A stretch of DNA of 32,000 nucleotides from Candidatus Electronema aureum (lineage in GTDB: Bacteria > Desulfobacterota > Desulfobulbia > Desulfobulbales > Desulfobulbaceae). Made by a program: the position numbers and the translations under genes. The notes below the pieces were generated by a model. The model made no database searches. It saw only the letters and a program-made list of their open reading frames with translations, and was not told the origin of the DNA. The DNA is taken from the NCBI GenBank assembly GCA_004284765.1, contig NQJD01000005.1, positions 1-32,000 on the forward strand, in the 5' to 3' direction. Positions 31,756 to 32,000 of the stretch are shown here, one piece after another (the stretch's first letter is position 1; each line of letters starts with the position of its first letter).

Positions 31756-32000
31756 TCAGGAAGAAGCAGGACAAGTTTTACAATCTCCTGCGCAGGCGAC
31801 AGGAAGAGTTTTGCTCTCGCTGCTTCCGGCTTCCTTGCTGCTGCCGGAACTATAGCCATCCGCATACCAACCGCCGCCCTTCAAATGAAAGGCACTCGCG
31901 GAAACTAACTTTTTCACGGTGCTACCGCATTCGGAACAAATGGTCAGCGGCGGATCGCTAATTTTTTGCTGTAGCTCAAACACTCGTTCGCAGGTGGAAC
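31756..32000 (-). CDS. FmdB-family zinc-ribbon protein (5' end beyond the window)
   Basis: The frame stays open upstream of the track ORF to the window edge (...STCERVFELQQKISDPPLTICSECGSTVKKLVSASAFHLKGGGWYADGY). CxxC...CxxC plus KG(S/G)GWY is the FmdB/CxxC_CxxC_SSSS pattern. The Cys-rich tail is CAGDCKTC. Confidence 0.7.
   Translation of the reverse strand, partial: STCERVFELQQKISDPPLTICSECGSTVKKLVSASAFHLKGGGWYADGYSSGSSKEAGSSESKTLPVACAGDCKTCPASS

Noticed and set aside
1-32000. Searched for CRISPR arrays, tRNA/rRNA, reverse transcriptase/retron/DGR, toxin-antitoxin pairs, recognisable phage-defence genes, and in-frame TGA (selenocysteine) or frameshift junctions joining adjacent ORFs
   Set aside because: No regularly spaced direct repeats, no cloverleaf-like or rRNA-like segments, and no RT, nuclease or defence-type motifs were found by eye. 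Adjacent same-strand ORFs are separated by normal stops and starts with their own N-termini. This was a visual scan only, not a computational search.

Overview
Bacterial chromosomal window. The protein content looks deltaproteobacterial (Desulfobulbales-like), but that is inference only. I saw no rRNA, tRNA or CRISPR array. Left 6.7 kb: the 5' end of an IS transposase gene running off the window, a secreted DUF4139-type protein, and a plus-strand operon. That operon encodes an ExeA-like AAA+ ATPase with TM segment and C-terminal SPOR-like domain, an orphan livF-type ABC ATPase, a Gfo/Idh/MocA oxidoreductase and lpxB. From 6.7 to 25.6 kb, all on the minus strand, lies a large chemosensory supercluster. 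Its order is MCP, CheW, CheY, HAMP-only membrane protein, CheA with extra pseudo-Hpt repeats, CheB-like, zinc-ribbon/ParA ATPase, NitT/TauT-type ABC importer (permease, ATPase, anchored binding protein), PilZ, second HAMP-only protein, TauE/SafE permease, and PATAN(DUF4388)-REC-CheB-like. Upstream sits a pseudoREC-PATAN-REC-CheB-like gene, separated from the MCP by a RAYT-type (IS200-like HUH) transposase. That transposase is accompanied by four copies of a 26-nt REP hairpin, two of which are translated in frame inside the transposase gene itself. No CheR is present in the window, and each of the three CheB-like proteins lacks at least one residue of the Ser-His-Asp esterase triad. Right 6 kb (minus strand): a partial FmdB-type zinc ribbon, a small membrane protein, two tandem paralogs (4-Cys N-domain + cNMP-binding + PATAN), a HEAT-like protein and an unusual CN-hydrolase/heptose-1-P adenylyltransferase fusion. 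One plus-strand PhnD-like binding protein also lies here. The best candidate for an undescribed system is the CheR-less, PATAN-rich, pseudo-CheB chemosensory module with its embedded transporter.
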